Source: a virus (lineage: Duplodnaviria > Caudoviricetes). Taken from it: DNA of 53,675 bases. Of the stretch, positions 9,737 to 17,611 are shown in pieces (positions within the stretch are counted from its first letter, which is position 1; every line of letters begins with the position of its first letter). The position numbers and the translations under genes are program-made. Under the pieces are notes generated by a model that was not told the DNA's origin, made no database searches, and saw nothing but the letters and a program-made list of their open reading frames with translations. The stretch spans positions 1-53,675 of the IMG/VR virus record IMGVR_UViG_3300009180_000052. One strand, written 5' to 3'.

Positions 9737-9913
9737 TTACATTGCTTTCTTAGTAGCACCTTTGCCTGCACCTTTGATAGGTCCTTTAGAAGGAACACCA
9801 CCTGTCATAGCTAATGGTTTTGCTTTTAATGCATTTTTAATTGAAGGAGCCACCGGTCCTGAAGGCATTTTCATTCTTGATGATGCCGGTAAGTTTGGAG
9901 TTGACTTTGCCAT
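9737..9913 (-). CDS. Small basic protein (58 aa)
   Basis: Read manually: MAKSTPNLPASSRMKMPSGP...KGATKKAM; A-rich leader. Confidence 0.6.
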   Translation of the reverse strand: MAKSTPNLPASSRMKMPSGPVAPSIKNALKAKPLAMTGGVPSKGPIKGAGKGATKKAM

Positions 9914-9933
9914 TTTTTTGTTTTTTATTTTTT

Positions 9934-10128
9934 TTATAATGATTGTAAACCTTGTAAGCCTTTAATACGAGTAAAGCTACTTTGTTTTGTATTTTTGTTC
10001 CTACCTATTCTGTCTTTTAACTTTTCTTTACCTTCTTGAATAGCTTTAATTTTTCTTGCTTGCTCATTCTTAAATGTAATAGCATCTAGTGTTTCTTGCA
10101 GGGTCTCTGCTTTTTTACCTTGTACCAT
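9934..10128 (-). CDS. Hypothetical basic protein
   Basis: ORF track; TACATTTG element just upstream. Confidence 0.55.
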   Translation of the reverse strand: MVQGKKAETLQETLDAITFKNEQARKIKAIQEGKEKLKDRIGRNKNTKQSSFTRIKGLQGLQSL

Positions 10129-10177
10129 AAATTAAAATTATTAACTTTACAGTACAAATGTAATAAAATTTAATGAA

Positions 10178-10642
10178 ATGAAATCACCTCCTAGCGACTA
10201 CCTAAAATTTTGGCGGGTCATCCGTTATTATATGAAAGCAAAACACGGCTTAGGTCAAGCTGACTTAGACATTATCCTGTTCCTTTACTCAGAAAGCTAC
10301 TTTGGAAGAAAAGACTTTGACAGATTTGCCGAACTTGTAAGTTGGGAAGTAAATAGATTTGTTAGGCTACACCAAGAAGGGTGGATTGAAACGTTCAGAA
10401 AAGGGCGTGGACCTAGGAGCAGAGCCCTATACCAACTATCATTCAAGGCTACCCGTGTCGTACTTGACATCTATAGAAAACTAAATGGGGATGAAATCCC
10501 CACTAGCTTATCATCTAACCCTATGTTTTTAAAAAATGTCTCCTACAACGATAAAGTTTATCGCAATATGATTTTGGAAATGAATAAGTACCAAAAAGCA
10601 AAAAGGATAATAGCACGAACAGCTACAAAAGATGATGATTAA
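10178..10642 (+). CDS. Winged-helix (MarR-like) DNA-binding protein
   Basis: 'L..ADLDIILFLY...L.QEGWIETFRK......LYQLS.KA' wHTH pattern; lone plus-strand gene within the late block. Confidence 0.55.
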   Translation: MKSPPSDYLKFWRVIRYYMKAKHGLGQADLDIILFLYSESYFGRKDFDRFAELVSWEVNRFVRLHQEGWIETFRKGRGPRSRALYQLSFKATRVVLDIYRKLNGDEIPTSLSSNPMFLKNVSYNDKVYRNMILEMNKYQKAKRIIARTATKDDD

Positions 10643-10896
10643 ATAACAACTACCACATCCCTCTCGGATATAATGGTATATTGAGCGTCATCAATCAGCA
10701 TCGTAAAACTATGTGCCTTATCGTAGTACAACTCATCACCTTCGTGAATAACACTTACGTCAGTGCCGGGGGCTATCACCATACCACGCTTGTAGCGTAA
10801 CTGATTGGTATCCTCACCTGACAAAATCAATCCCGACTCAGTCTTAATGTTTTCTTGAACGTCTTTAACAATCAAGTATTTGCCTATTGGTTTCAT
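10639..10896 (-). CDS. groES: Co-chaperonin GroES (Cpn10)
   Basis: MKPIGKYLIV, KTESGLIL mobile loop, GMVIAPG, IISERDVVVV. Confidence 0.85.
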   Translation of the reverse strand: MKPIGKYLIVKDVQENIKTESGLILSGEDTNQLRYKRGMVIAPGTDVSVIHEGDELYYDKAHSFTMLIDDAQYTIISERDVVVVI

Positions 10897-10906
10897 TTGT
10901 TTTGTT

Positions 10907-11425
10907 TTATTTCCAATGATTATTGTCAGTCTCCCACCAAAAAGTTAAGTCCTCAGTGCTGTCGTTGTAATACTCACCTACATAGTTTGAGTTATACACA
11001 GACCCCACATTCTCAAACATTGCCACCGTGTATATGTCAGTGATACCCATATCTTTTAAATACTTATCTAAAAAAGTATAGTTACCACCTTTGATAACAC
11101 CTGCTTCAACCAATAATACCCTTTTGTTTTGCAGCTTATGCCCGTAAATAGCCATAATACTATTCAGTTCACCTAAGTATTTATCGTCCCAATGCTCGTC
11201 AGGATAGGGTACATCGACCCCAAATCCATCACAAATCTCACCATTTAAACTAAGTAAGTGCCTCAAAGTCTGACCAATTATAGACGAATAGTCTGTAGAT
11301 ACAGTTATGATAACCGTATTGTCAGCACTAAACCCATCTCTGCTTAACTCAGTAGCTATGTTATCTATCAAGAACTGCTCGTCATTGAACGATACGTTCA
11401 ATATTTTTTTATTGCTGTTGCTCAT
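10907..11425 (-). CDS. Type I phosphoribosyltransferase-like protein
   Basis: VLLVEAGVIKGGN resembles the PRPP-binding loop; start revised to MSNSNKK, overlapping the groEL stop. Confidence 0.55.
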   Translation of the reverse strand: MSNSNKKILNVSFNDEQFLIDNIATELSRDGFSADNTVIITVSTDYSSIIGQTLRHLLSLNGEICDGFGVDVPYPDEHWDDKYLGELNSIMAIYGHKLQNKRVLLVEAGVIKGGNYTFLDKYLKDMGITDIYTVAMFENVGSVYNSNYVGEYYNDSTEDLTFWWETDNNHWK

Positions 11426-13025
11426 AAGTACGTGCCATTGTAATGATTGCATTAGTGCTTAAAATAGTTACCGCTACACTGACAGCATTTTGTAATGCTG
11501 ACCTTGTAACTTTTAATGGGTCAATAACACCCATCTCAATCAAGTCACCCATCTGACCTGTCTTCAGATTATACCCGTGACCAACCGGAGTGCTGTCCTT
11601 GTACACATCACTTGGTTTAAGACCTGCGTTAGCCAATATCTGTTGGAATGGAGACATCAGTGCATTGCGAACAATAGCAACTGCTGCATCATACTCAGGA
11701 CTTTGACTTGGTCCTCCAATCTCAGCACTCTCATCAAGTAGTGCCTTGCCCGCACCCGGTAATATCCCTTCCTCAAGTGCAGACCTTACTGCACACACAG
11801 CGTCATCAACCCTGTCGTACAACTCTTTTTGCTCAAGGTCAGTCTGACCACCCACAAATATCACACCTATACCACCCGTAAGTGATGCAATACGCTCCAA
11901 CAAAAAGTCTTTGTCACCTTTCTTAGTCGCTTCTTTGTGTGCGTCCCACAACTGCTTAACCCTTTCGTCAACCATTTTCTCATCAGCTTTAGCTGTACTT
12001 CTGATAATAACAGTTTTGTCTTTGCCAACAATAACTTTACTTGCGTGACCCAAGTCACCATAGTTGATATGGCTTAAGTCATCACCCGTCTTCTCGCTAT
12101 AGTAAGTTGCACCTACACTAATTGCAATGTCCTGCATCAACTCGTGCTGCTTGTAGCCAAAATTTGGCGGAGGCACAGCCACCACTTTCAAATTCCCCTT
12201 AACTGAGTTTGCTGCAAGTGTATTTACCACGTTAGTGTTGCACGGAGAAATAATCAACAGCTTTTTTCCTTCTGATATAATTGGTTTCAACACATTCTCA
12301 ATCTGTAAAATATTAGCTATCTCAATGTCACACACCAAAACCATAGTGTCTTCAAAGACACACTCGTCTTTCTTTTGGTCGTTGATAAACATTGAACTCA
12401 AATACCCTCTGTCAAACTTTAACCCTTTAGTCGTCTCTGCATATGTCTCTGATGTTTGACTACGCTCAACCGTTACAATACCGGTCTTACCCACATCCTT
12501 ATAAACCTCTGCAATAATCCTACCTATCTCTCTGTCATTGTTAGCTGATAATGCCGCCACGTCCAATAGCATTGCACTACTAACCTTCTTTGCCTTACGT
12601 CTTAACTTCTCCACCACCTTATTGCTTATGTCCACCATATGTCTCAGTACCTCCGTTCTGTTCATATCATCTTTGATATGCTCAAGACCACCAAGTACCA
12701 ATCCCTCTGTCAAAACAATAGCTGTTGTCGTGCCATCACCCGCAGCGGTAGCTGTCTTGTCTGCCGCCTCTTTCATCATCTTAACCGCAAGGTTCTCTGA
12801 TGGGTCAATCAAGTCAATTGACTTAGCAACTGTTACACCATCCTTAGTAACTGTGATGCCGTGTGTGTGATGTGGACTCTCAATGAGCACCGTGTTACCA
12901 CTTGGTCCAAGAGTTGACTTAACAGCCTTTGACATCTTGATGACACCACTGATAAGTTTCTTTCTTCCTTCACTTCCGAACTGCAAATCCTTGGGTGAGT
13001 ACCCAATTCCTGATGTTTCTACCAT
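11409..13025 (-). CDS. groEL: Chaperonin GroEL (Cpn60)
   Basis: VKSTLGP, VTKDGVTVAK, AGDGTTTA, FDRGY, GVIDPLKVTRSAL motifs. Start revised to MVETSG (13025), downstream of a TATATTTG element. Confidence 0.95.
   Translation of the reverse strand: MVETSGIGYSPKDLQFGSEGRKKLISGVIKMSKAVKSTLGPSGNTVLIESPHHTHGITVTKDGVTVAKSIDLIDPSENLAVKMMKEAADKTATAAGDGTTTAIVLTEGLVLGGLEHIKDDMNRTEVLRHMVDISNKVVEKLRRKAKKVSSAMLLDVAALSANNDREIGRIIAEVYKDVGKTGIVTVERSQTSETYAETTKGLKFDRGYLSSMFINDQKKDECVFEDTMVLVCDIEIANILQIENVLKPIISEGKKLLIISPCNTNVVNTLAANSVKGNLKVVAVPPPNFGYKQHELMQDIAISVGATYYSEKTGDDLSHINYGDLGHASKVIVGKDKTVIIRSTAKADEKMVDERVKQLWDAHKEATKKGDKDFLLERIASLTGGIGVIFVGGQTDLEQKELYDRVDDAVCAVRSALEEGILPGAGKALLDESAEIGGPSQSPEYDAAVAIVRNALMSPFQQILANAGLKPSDVYKDSTPVGHGYNLKTGQMGDLIEMGVIDPLKVTRSALQNAVSVAVTILSTNAIITMARTYEQQQ
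12346..12361. repeat. 16-bp palindrome GTGTCTTCAAAGACAC (copy 1, inside groEL)
   Basis: Direct read; consensus GTGTCTTYRAAGACAC. Confidence 0.9.
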
Positions 13026-13052
13026 TTCATTAAGTTTAATTTTACTATTGTA

Positions 13053-13060
13053 CAAATATA
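13053..13060 (-). promoter_or_regulatory. Bacteroidota -7 element TATATTTG upstream of groEL
   Basis: Consensus match ~28 nt upstream of the ATG. Confidence 0.6.
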
Positions 13061-13149
13061 GTCAATGCGTGGTATATTAACCACTATTTTAGAAAAATTT
13101 TTATTAACCAAGTATATATTTACCCGTTAGGGTTAAAATGATATTCTGT

Positions 13150-13480
13150 GTTATGTCGGTGTCTATGTCGATATTTCACACATAAATGTCGGTTTATGAC
13201 GATTTTATGTCGGTTTAAAAAAAAACGACATTGACTTAAGTTAATTAGTACCAATGAGTTACACAGTTATCAGCATCTAAATGCCGATAATGCGGAAAAT
13301 TTTCCTATACTTCTATCTATATATTACTACTCTTCTTATTATTTTTATTACTCTATAATCTATTTAAAATCGACATTTTCGACATTAAAATAATAAAGTA
13401 TTAATAATCAATAAGTTAAAAAAATAAAATCGACATAAAATCGACATAAAAACTATACTAAAATGTCGATATTGACATTA
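13150..13480. repeat. CGACAT/ATGTCG iteron-like cluster with AT-rich core and IHF-consensus site; candidate origin or packaging locus
   Basis: ATGTCG at 13153, 13165, 13186, 13207, 13463; CGACAT at 13226, 13371, 13380, 13431, 13442; AATCAATAAGTTA (WATCAANNNNTTR) at 13406-13418. Confidence 0.65.
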
Positions 13481-13486
13481 ATGGGC

Positions 13487-13518
13487 AAAAAGAAACCCAA
13501 CACGCTAATGTTGGGTCT
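13487..13518 (-). terminator. Intrinsic terminator after the 76-aa gene
   Basis: Minus strand GACCCAACAT-TAGC-GTGTTGGGTT followed by TCTTTTT. Confidence 0.65.
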
Positions 13519-13548
13519 GTCAAATGATACTATCCTAAGAGGGGTTCT

Positions 13549-13779
13549 TTAATCCATCTCAGGACCTTCCATCATCTCAGAACGAATGTTACCCAAGTAA
13601 ACAGCCTCAGCCATACGACTTACCTTCTCTGCATTATGCATAGCCTTCTTAACCTGTGCTGCCTTTTGGATTCCTGTCATACTGTTAGGACGATTGTTAA
13701 TCAACATACCATCCTCGATAGTTAAACCGGGACCGGCTTTCTTTTGCTGATAGATACTGTCTTGTAATCTAAGTTTCAT
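13549..13779 (-). CDS. Hypothetical protein
   Basis: 76-aa ORF with A-rich leader and a downstream terminator. Confidence 0.65.
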   Translation of the reverse strand: MKLRLQDSIYQQKKAGPGLTIEDGMLINNRPNSMTGIQKAAQVKKAMHNAEKVSRMAEAVYLGNIRSEMMEGPEMD

Positions 13780-13894
13780 AATAATTTTTTTTGAAGTTTG
13801 AAATATTTCAAGGTAAAGATAAGAAATTTATTAGATGGTTTTAGTGTTTGGGCTATATAGCGGTTTGGCGAAGCGAGCCGTCAACCGGAAGTGA

Positions 13895-14045
13895 CATTTT
13901 TTTTAGGGGGTGGGGGTCTGCTTTCAAAATTTCCGTCCGATATTTTTGGCGTTTTGCTTAGCCACTACGTGCCTGCCTGCCTGCCTTACATTGCGTCCCT
14001 GCATCCTGCCTGCCTGCATCCCCTTTGCCATTGCCTGCATCCCCT
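13895..14045. repeat. GC-rich non-coding tract: T-run, GGGGGTGGGGG and about eight CCTGC repeats at the late/early strand switch
   Basis: Direct read; composition differs sharply from its surroundings. Confidence 0.6.
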
Positions 14046-14051
14046 TCGTTA

Positions 14052-14067
14052 GTGTCTTTGAAGACAC
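14052..14067. repeat. 16-bp palindrome GTGTCTTTGAAGACAC (copy 2)
   Basis: Direct read; intergenic, upstream of the early promoter. Confidence 0.9.
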
Positions 14068-14199
14068 AAAGCCCTAAGAAAGAAGGCTTTATCCCCCTCC
14101 TATTAATATTAAACTTAAACATAGTACGGGATTATCGAAGCCTCAAGCCCTTTATTTGCAAGGGTTTGCGTATAAACAATAAAAAAAAGCAAATATTTA

Positions 14200-14230
14200 T
14201 TTGGTGGAATGGAGTAATAAACTATATTTG
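14200..14230 (+). promoter_or_regulatory. Early promoter, Bacteroidota consensus TTTG-N19-TATATTTG
   Basis: -33 TTTG at 14200-14203, -7 TATATTTG at 14223-14230, first ATG at 14269. Confidence 0.8.
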
Positions 14231-14268
14231 TGAAAGAATTAATCAAATAACAATCAAAATTTAAACAA

Positions 14269-14907
14269 ATGAGTCAATTACTATCAATCGAAACGGCTTT
14301 CTTAAGCCTGCCTCAAGTCAAGCAGGGCTTGAATTTGAGCGAAATTAGGAGCGTGCAAAGGACTATCACCAATGCCAAAAAGAAAAAATTTGAACAAACT
14401 ATTGCCTTGAGTAAGTTAGTTACTACGGCTGTAGATTGGTTTCAGTCGGAGGAAGGGCAAAGAGTTTGCACCGATGAGGGTATTGCTTGGAGCAATGAGG
14501 AGATTGGAAAGAAAGTTTTTGGATGGCAAAAAAGTTTTTTCTACAAAGTAGTGAAAGCAGGACGCCTACAGCCCGAGGTTATCGAGTCGTTCAATGTTAA
14601 GTGCAATGAGGTTGAGGCACAAGGTGAGGAGCCAAATAGAAGCCTTGAGGGTTTATTAAAGTTTGCAAAGCAGGTGGAATCGGGCACCAATGCAGGTGGA
14701 GAAGGCGGAGACGCTGAAAGCGGAGAAAGTGAAAGTGAGCCTCAAGTTGAAACACGTGTTGAAACCATTTTAACTTTCACGTACAAAAGCGAAGGCGGAA
14801 ACGTTTCAGTGAGAATCGATGCGAACGGCTTAGTAAAAACCACAAACAGCGATGAGCAAATCAGGGAGGCAATCGCTGTATTGAATTTCAGTTTACAAAA
14901 TAGATAA
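14269..14907 (+). CDS. Early hypothetical protein (possible HTH: SNEEIGKKVFGWQKSFFYKVVKA)
   Basis: 212-aa ORF, first gene after the early promoter. Confidence 0.75.
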   Translation: MSQLLSIETAFLSLPQVKQGLNLSEIRSVQRTITNAKKKKFEQTIALSKLVTTAVDWFQSEEGQRVCTDEGIAWSNEEIGKKVFGWQKSFFYKVVKAGRLQPEVIESFNVKCNEVEAQGEEPNRSLEGLLKFAKQVESGTNAGGEGGDAESGESESEPQVETRVETILTFTYKSEGGNVSVRIDANGLVKTTNSDEQIREAIAVLNFSLQNR

Positions 14908-14926
14908 CCACTTAAAATTTACCACT

Positions 14927-15805
14927 ATGAACGGAATCATTTATTCAACAACAGGAGAAAGTCGAAGGGGTCAAGTAGCAAGCTACCACTCAAAGCCTTC
15001 GCCATTATTTTTAAACAAAAGCAAACACGCTGTCGATATTGCAGGGCTTAAGCCCGCTCAACAACGTAGTGCAATCAAGTTTGAGGGTGGTGAGTATGAA
15101 TCGAAATTCACTATCGGGTTTGAGGTTGAGAAAAACCAATTAAGCCGTAATGCGGTGAGAGAGTATGAATTATTTTGTGGGTTTGAGCGTGATGGGTCGT
15201 GCGGATACGAAGCCGTTACCCACGTGCTCCCTTTGTTACCTGCAGGTGGGTGGAGGACAAAGGTTTACGATATGATGCACAAAGCCGAAAAGATTATCGA
15301 TGATAGGTTTAGCCCTTCTGATAGGAGATGCGGTGGTCACATCACCATAGCGTGTGAGGGGATGAGTGGTGATGCCTTGAGGGATGCCATCCGTAAAAAT
15401 TGCGGTATTATCCTTGCTCTATTCAAAAAGCGTGTTACTAACAGCTATTGCAGTTACAATAGCAGGATGCAAAATTCAACCGAGTCCACCAATTGGCACC
15501 ACAAGTACCAATTAGCCCTTGTAAAGGGTGGATGCCTTGAGTTTAGGGTTCCGTCTCGCTTTCAGTCAGTTAAGCAAATGATGAGGAGATATGAGCTAAT
15601 GTATGAGATTGTGAGCTACAGCATCGCAACGCCAAATGGCTCCCACGATGGCTTACTTAAGAAAATCAAGCCTATCATTGTTTCAATGTACAACGGCAAC
15701 GAGGATGACGCCAACGAGGTGTTGAGGTTATCAAAGTTATTCAGGGCGTACATTCTGAAAGGTGAGGTGCATCAAGATATTGCACCATACGTGAGAAACT
15801 ATTAA
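14927..15805 (+). CDS. Putative amidoligase (COOH-NH2 ligase, amidoligase_2-like)
   Basis: IGFEVE, ERDGS, YEAVT, CGGHIT and LEFR motifs. Confidence 0.75.
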   Translation: MNGIIYSTTGESRRGQVASYHSKPSPLFLNKSKHAVDIAGLKPAQQRSAIKFEGGEYESKFTIGFEVEKNQLSRNAVREYELFCGFERDGSCGYEAVTHVLPLLPAGGWRTKVYDMMHKAEKIIDDRFSPSDRRCGGHITIACEGMSGDALRDAIRKNCGIILALFKKRVTNSYCSYNSRMQNSTESTNWHHKYQLALVKGGCLEFRVPSRFQSVKQMMRRYELMYEIVSYSIATPNGSHDGLLKKIKPIIVSMYNGNEDDANEVLRLSKLFRAYILKGEVHQDIAPYVRNY

Positions 15806-15813
15806 TCACGAGA

Positions 15814-15837
15814 GGGAGTGTCTTCAAAGACACTTCC
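15814..15837 (+). repeat. Palindrome copy 3 (core 15818-15833) extended into a hairpin, immediately 5' of hammerhead 1
   Basis: GGGAGTGTCTT-CA-AAGACACTTCC, with a G-U pair on the + strand. Confidence 0.9.
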
Positions 15838-15888
15838 GCTGTCGGGGGATGGTTATCCTCCCTGATGAGTTCTAAAGAACGAAACAGC
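15838..15888 (+). ncRNA. Type III hammerhead ribozyme 1 (predicted cleavage after GUC at 15843)
   Basis: Stem III GCUGU/ACAGC; stem I GGGGGA/UCCUCC with loop UGGUUA; core CUGAUGA; stem II GUUC-UAAA-GAAC; GAA. Confidence 0.92.
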
Positions 15889-15908
15889 AACCACAAAAAT
15901 GTAATCAA

Positions 15909-16037
15909 ATGGAATCAGTAATCTACAACGGGATGACATTTCCCAACGAGCAAGCCCTTCACGAGTGGCGTCTTATTTTTGAGTTCGACTACTTTATGGA
16001 GCAAGCGGAACAAAATTTATTAATCAATCAAATCTAA
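15909..16037 (+). CDS. Small hypothetical protein (42 aa)
   Basis: Read manually; AATCAA leader. Confidence 0.55.
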   Translation: MESVIYNGMTFPNEQALHEWRLIFEFDYFMEQAEQNLLINQI

Positions 16038-16041
16038 TCAA

Positions 16042-16146
16042 ATGGGACAAACAATTACAATCCTCGAGGCTGTAGCTATTAGCGTGATAACCATAGTGTT
16101 ATACGCCTTACTTAAATCTTTAATTGAACACTTTAAATCTAATTAA
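16042..16146 (+). CDS. Small membrane peptide (34 aa)
   Basis: Read manually; one hydrophobic helix, AATCAA leader. Confidence 0.5.
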   Translation: MGQTITILEAVAISVITIVLYALLKSLIEHFKSN

Positions 16147-16148
16147 CT

Positions 16149-16718
16149 ATGAGACAGATAACACGAGACATTGTGAACGCTTTTCAGAATAGCCGTTCAC
16201 TACGAATTGACAACAGCAGGACGGATGGTGAGAGTTTATGGCTATTCAACAATAAGATAGCAGAAATTAGGAGGGATGGCTTATGGATAACTAATGCAGG
16301 ATGGAAGAGCAGGACAACAAAGGAAAGATTGAACGGGCTTTCAGGTGTTCATATTCAGAGTGTCAGGGGCAATTGGTTCCTCAATGGCAGGGCTTGGGAT
16401 GGTGGATGGGTGCAGATGGATGCGTGGAATGATGGTGCTGAGTCAGTCCCTGAGGAGAATGTGCAGGAGCCTGAGTTCGATGTGACAAGCGAGTGGATGC
16501 CGGAGGGTTACAGCAAGCCGGTGTATGCGGTGTATCATACGTTATTGGAAGCAGGGTTGAGGGCGGTTGAGATATTGCTAAACGATGTCAATATACCAAC
16601 AAGAAGGGCGGAGTCAGATACTGATGGTGTGTACCGACCTAACTATTTTATAGTTGTACGTCCTGAGGATGTAGACAAGGCGGTTGAAAAGTTATCTGAG
16701 TATTATTGTCTTTCATAG
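16149..16718 (+). CDS. Hypothetical early protein
   Basis: 189-aa ORF; 'GW.SRTTKERLNGL' motif. Confidence 0.75.
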   Translation: MRQITRDIVNAFQNSRSLRIDNSRTDGESLWLFNNKIAEIRRDGLWITNAGWKSRTTKERLNGLSGVHIQSVRGNWFLNGRAWDGGWVQMDAWNDGAESVPEENVQEPEFDVTSEWMPEGYSKPVYAVYHTLLEAGLRAVEILLNDVNIPTRRAESDTDGVYRPNYFIVVRPEDVDKAVEKLSEYYCLS

Positions 16719-16737
16719 GTTCGGTAAATATACGTAT

Positions 16738-16761
16738 GGCGGTGTCTTTAAAGACACTGCC
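16738..16761 (+). repeat. Palindrome copy 4 (core 16742-16757) extended into a hairpin, 5' of hammerhead 2
   Basis: GGCGGTGTCTT-TA-AAGACACTGCC. Confidence 0.9.
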
Positions 16762-16812
16762 TCCGTCCCTAAGTGTATGCTTAGGCTGATGAGTCCCAAA
16801 GGACGAAACGGA
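16762..16812 (+). ncRNA. Type III hammerhead ribozyme 2 (predicted cleavage after GUC at 16767)
   Basis: Stem III UCCGU/ACGGA; stem I CCUAAG/CUUAGG with loop UGUAUG; CUGAUGA; stem II GUCC-CAAA-GGAC; GAA. Confidence 0.93.
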
Positions 16813-16855
16813 ATCTTAAACCGAAGGTTTTAAACCCTTCACTAAATCAAATCAA

Positions 16856-17035
16856 ATGGACACACAAGAACGGATGGAGTATTTGCAAGACGTAATCGAT
16901 AGATTATTGTACTTGAAAGGTGAGAAATTAACCGAGTATCAACACTACTTGGACGTATTGAAAGACGTTTATCCCATTGACGTAACAATGGAGAATGGTA
17001 TCAGAGTTTATCACACTAAAACCGAAAGCAAATGA
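16856..17035 (+). CDS. Small hypothetical protein (59 aa)
   Basis: Read manually; (AAATC)2 leader; ATGA overlap with the next gene. Confidence 0.6.
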   Translation: MDTQERMEYLQDVIDRLLYLKGEKLTEYQHYLDVLKDVYPIDVTMENGIRVYHTKTESK

Positions 17036-17322
17036 CAAGACCAAATGACGTGTGGGAGTGCTCAAGTTGTTCACGCCTGCAGGGACGCCACGATATGTGG
17101 TTTGAGGATAACCTTTGTGAAAGGTGCTACGAGAATCTACCGAGGTGTAGAGGATGCGAGACCAAAGACACGAAGGAGATAGTCGAAAGCAGATGTGACG
17201 CCTACGGCTACGGGACGGGAGATTGGTGCGACAAGTGTTATGACAGCGACAAGTATCCATATCGTAAGGATAGGTACTTCGACCCATCGTATGCAGGTGA
17301 GAGATTGGAGGATGATTATTGA
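17032..17322 (+). CDS. Cys-rich zinc-finger-like protein
   Basis: Four CxxC pairs. Confidence 0.65.
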   Translation: MTRPNDVWECSSCSRLQGRHDMWFEDNLCERCYENLPRCRGCETKDTKEIVESRCDAYGYGTGDWCDKCYDSDKYPYRKDRYFDPSYAGERLEDDY

Positions 17323-17342
17323 AAACTTAAATCAAATCAGAT

Positions 17343-17504
17343 ATGGAAAGCCAACACTATTTTAAAATCTATTACGCTCAGGAGTTCGTTTGGTCAGTAG
17401 TCGCCCACACAAAGTGGGAGGCTATTGACAAAGCGTTCTGCAAATTCATCGGGGATTGCCCCCATTTAGAGCGTACAAAGTTCAAGGCAAAGAAAGTTTA
17501 TTGA
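17343..17504 (+). CDS. Small hypothetical protein (53 aa)
   Basis: Read manually; AAATC leader. Confidence 0.55.
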   Translation: MESQHYFKIYYAQEFVWSVVAHTKWEAIDKAFCKFIGDCPHLERTKFKAKKVY

Positions 17505-17512
17505 AAAATAAA

Positions 17513-17544
17513 TTTGGCAATGTCTAAATTATGTCGTATCTTCG
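17513..17544 (+). promoter_or_regulatory. Probable promoter TTTG-N20-TATCTTCG
   Basis: Near-consensus Bacteroidota promoter upstream of the GATase-GGCT gene. Confidence 0.5.
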
Positions 17545-17611
17545 TTCATTATCAGTTCATTAACAAGGGTTCTATGCCTTCATAGGTATTGCCCACAAAT
17601 CAATTTAGCTT

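Noticed and set aside
14025-14264. 79-aa ORF upstream of the first early gene
   Set aside because: TTG start in low-complexity repeats and it overlaps the consensus promoter; probably non-coding.
17566-17593. Hairpin in the leader of the GATase-GGCT gene as a riboswitch
   Set aside because: Short imperfect stem with no recognisable aptamer motif.
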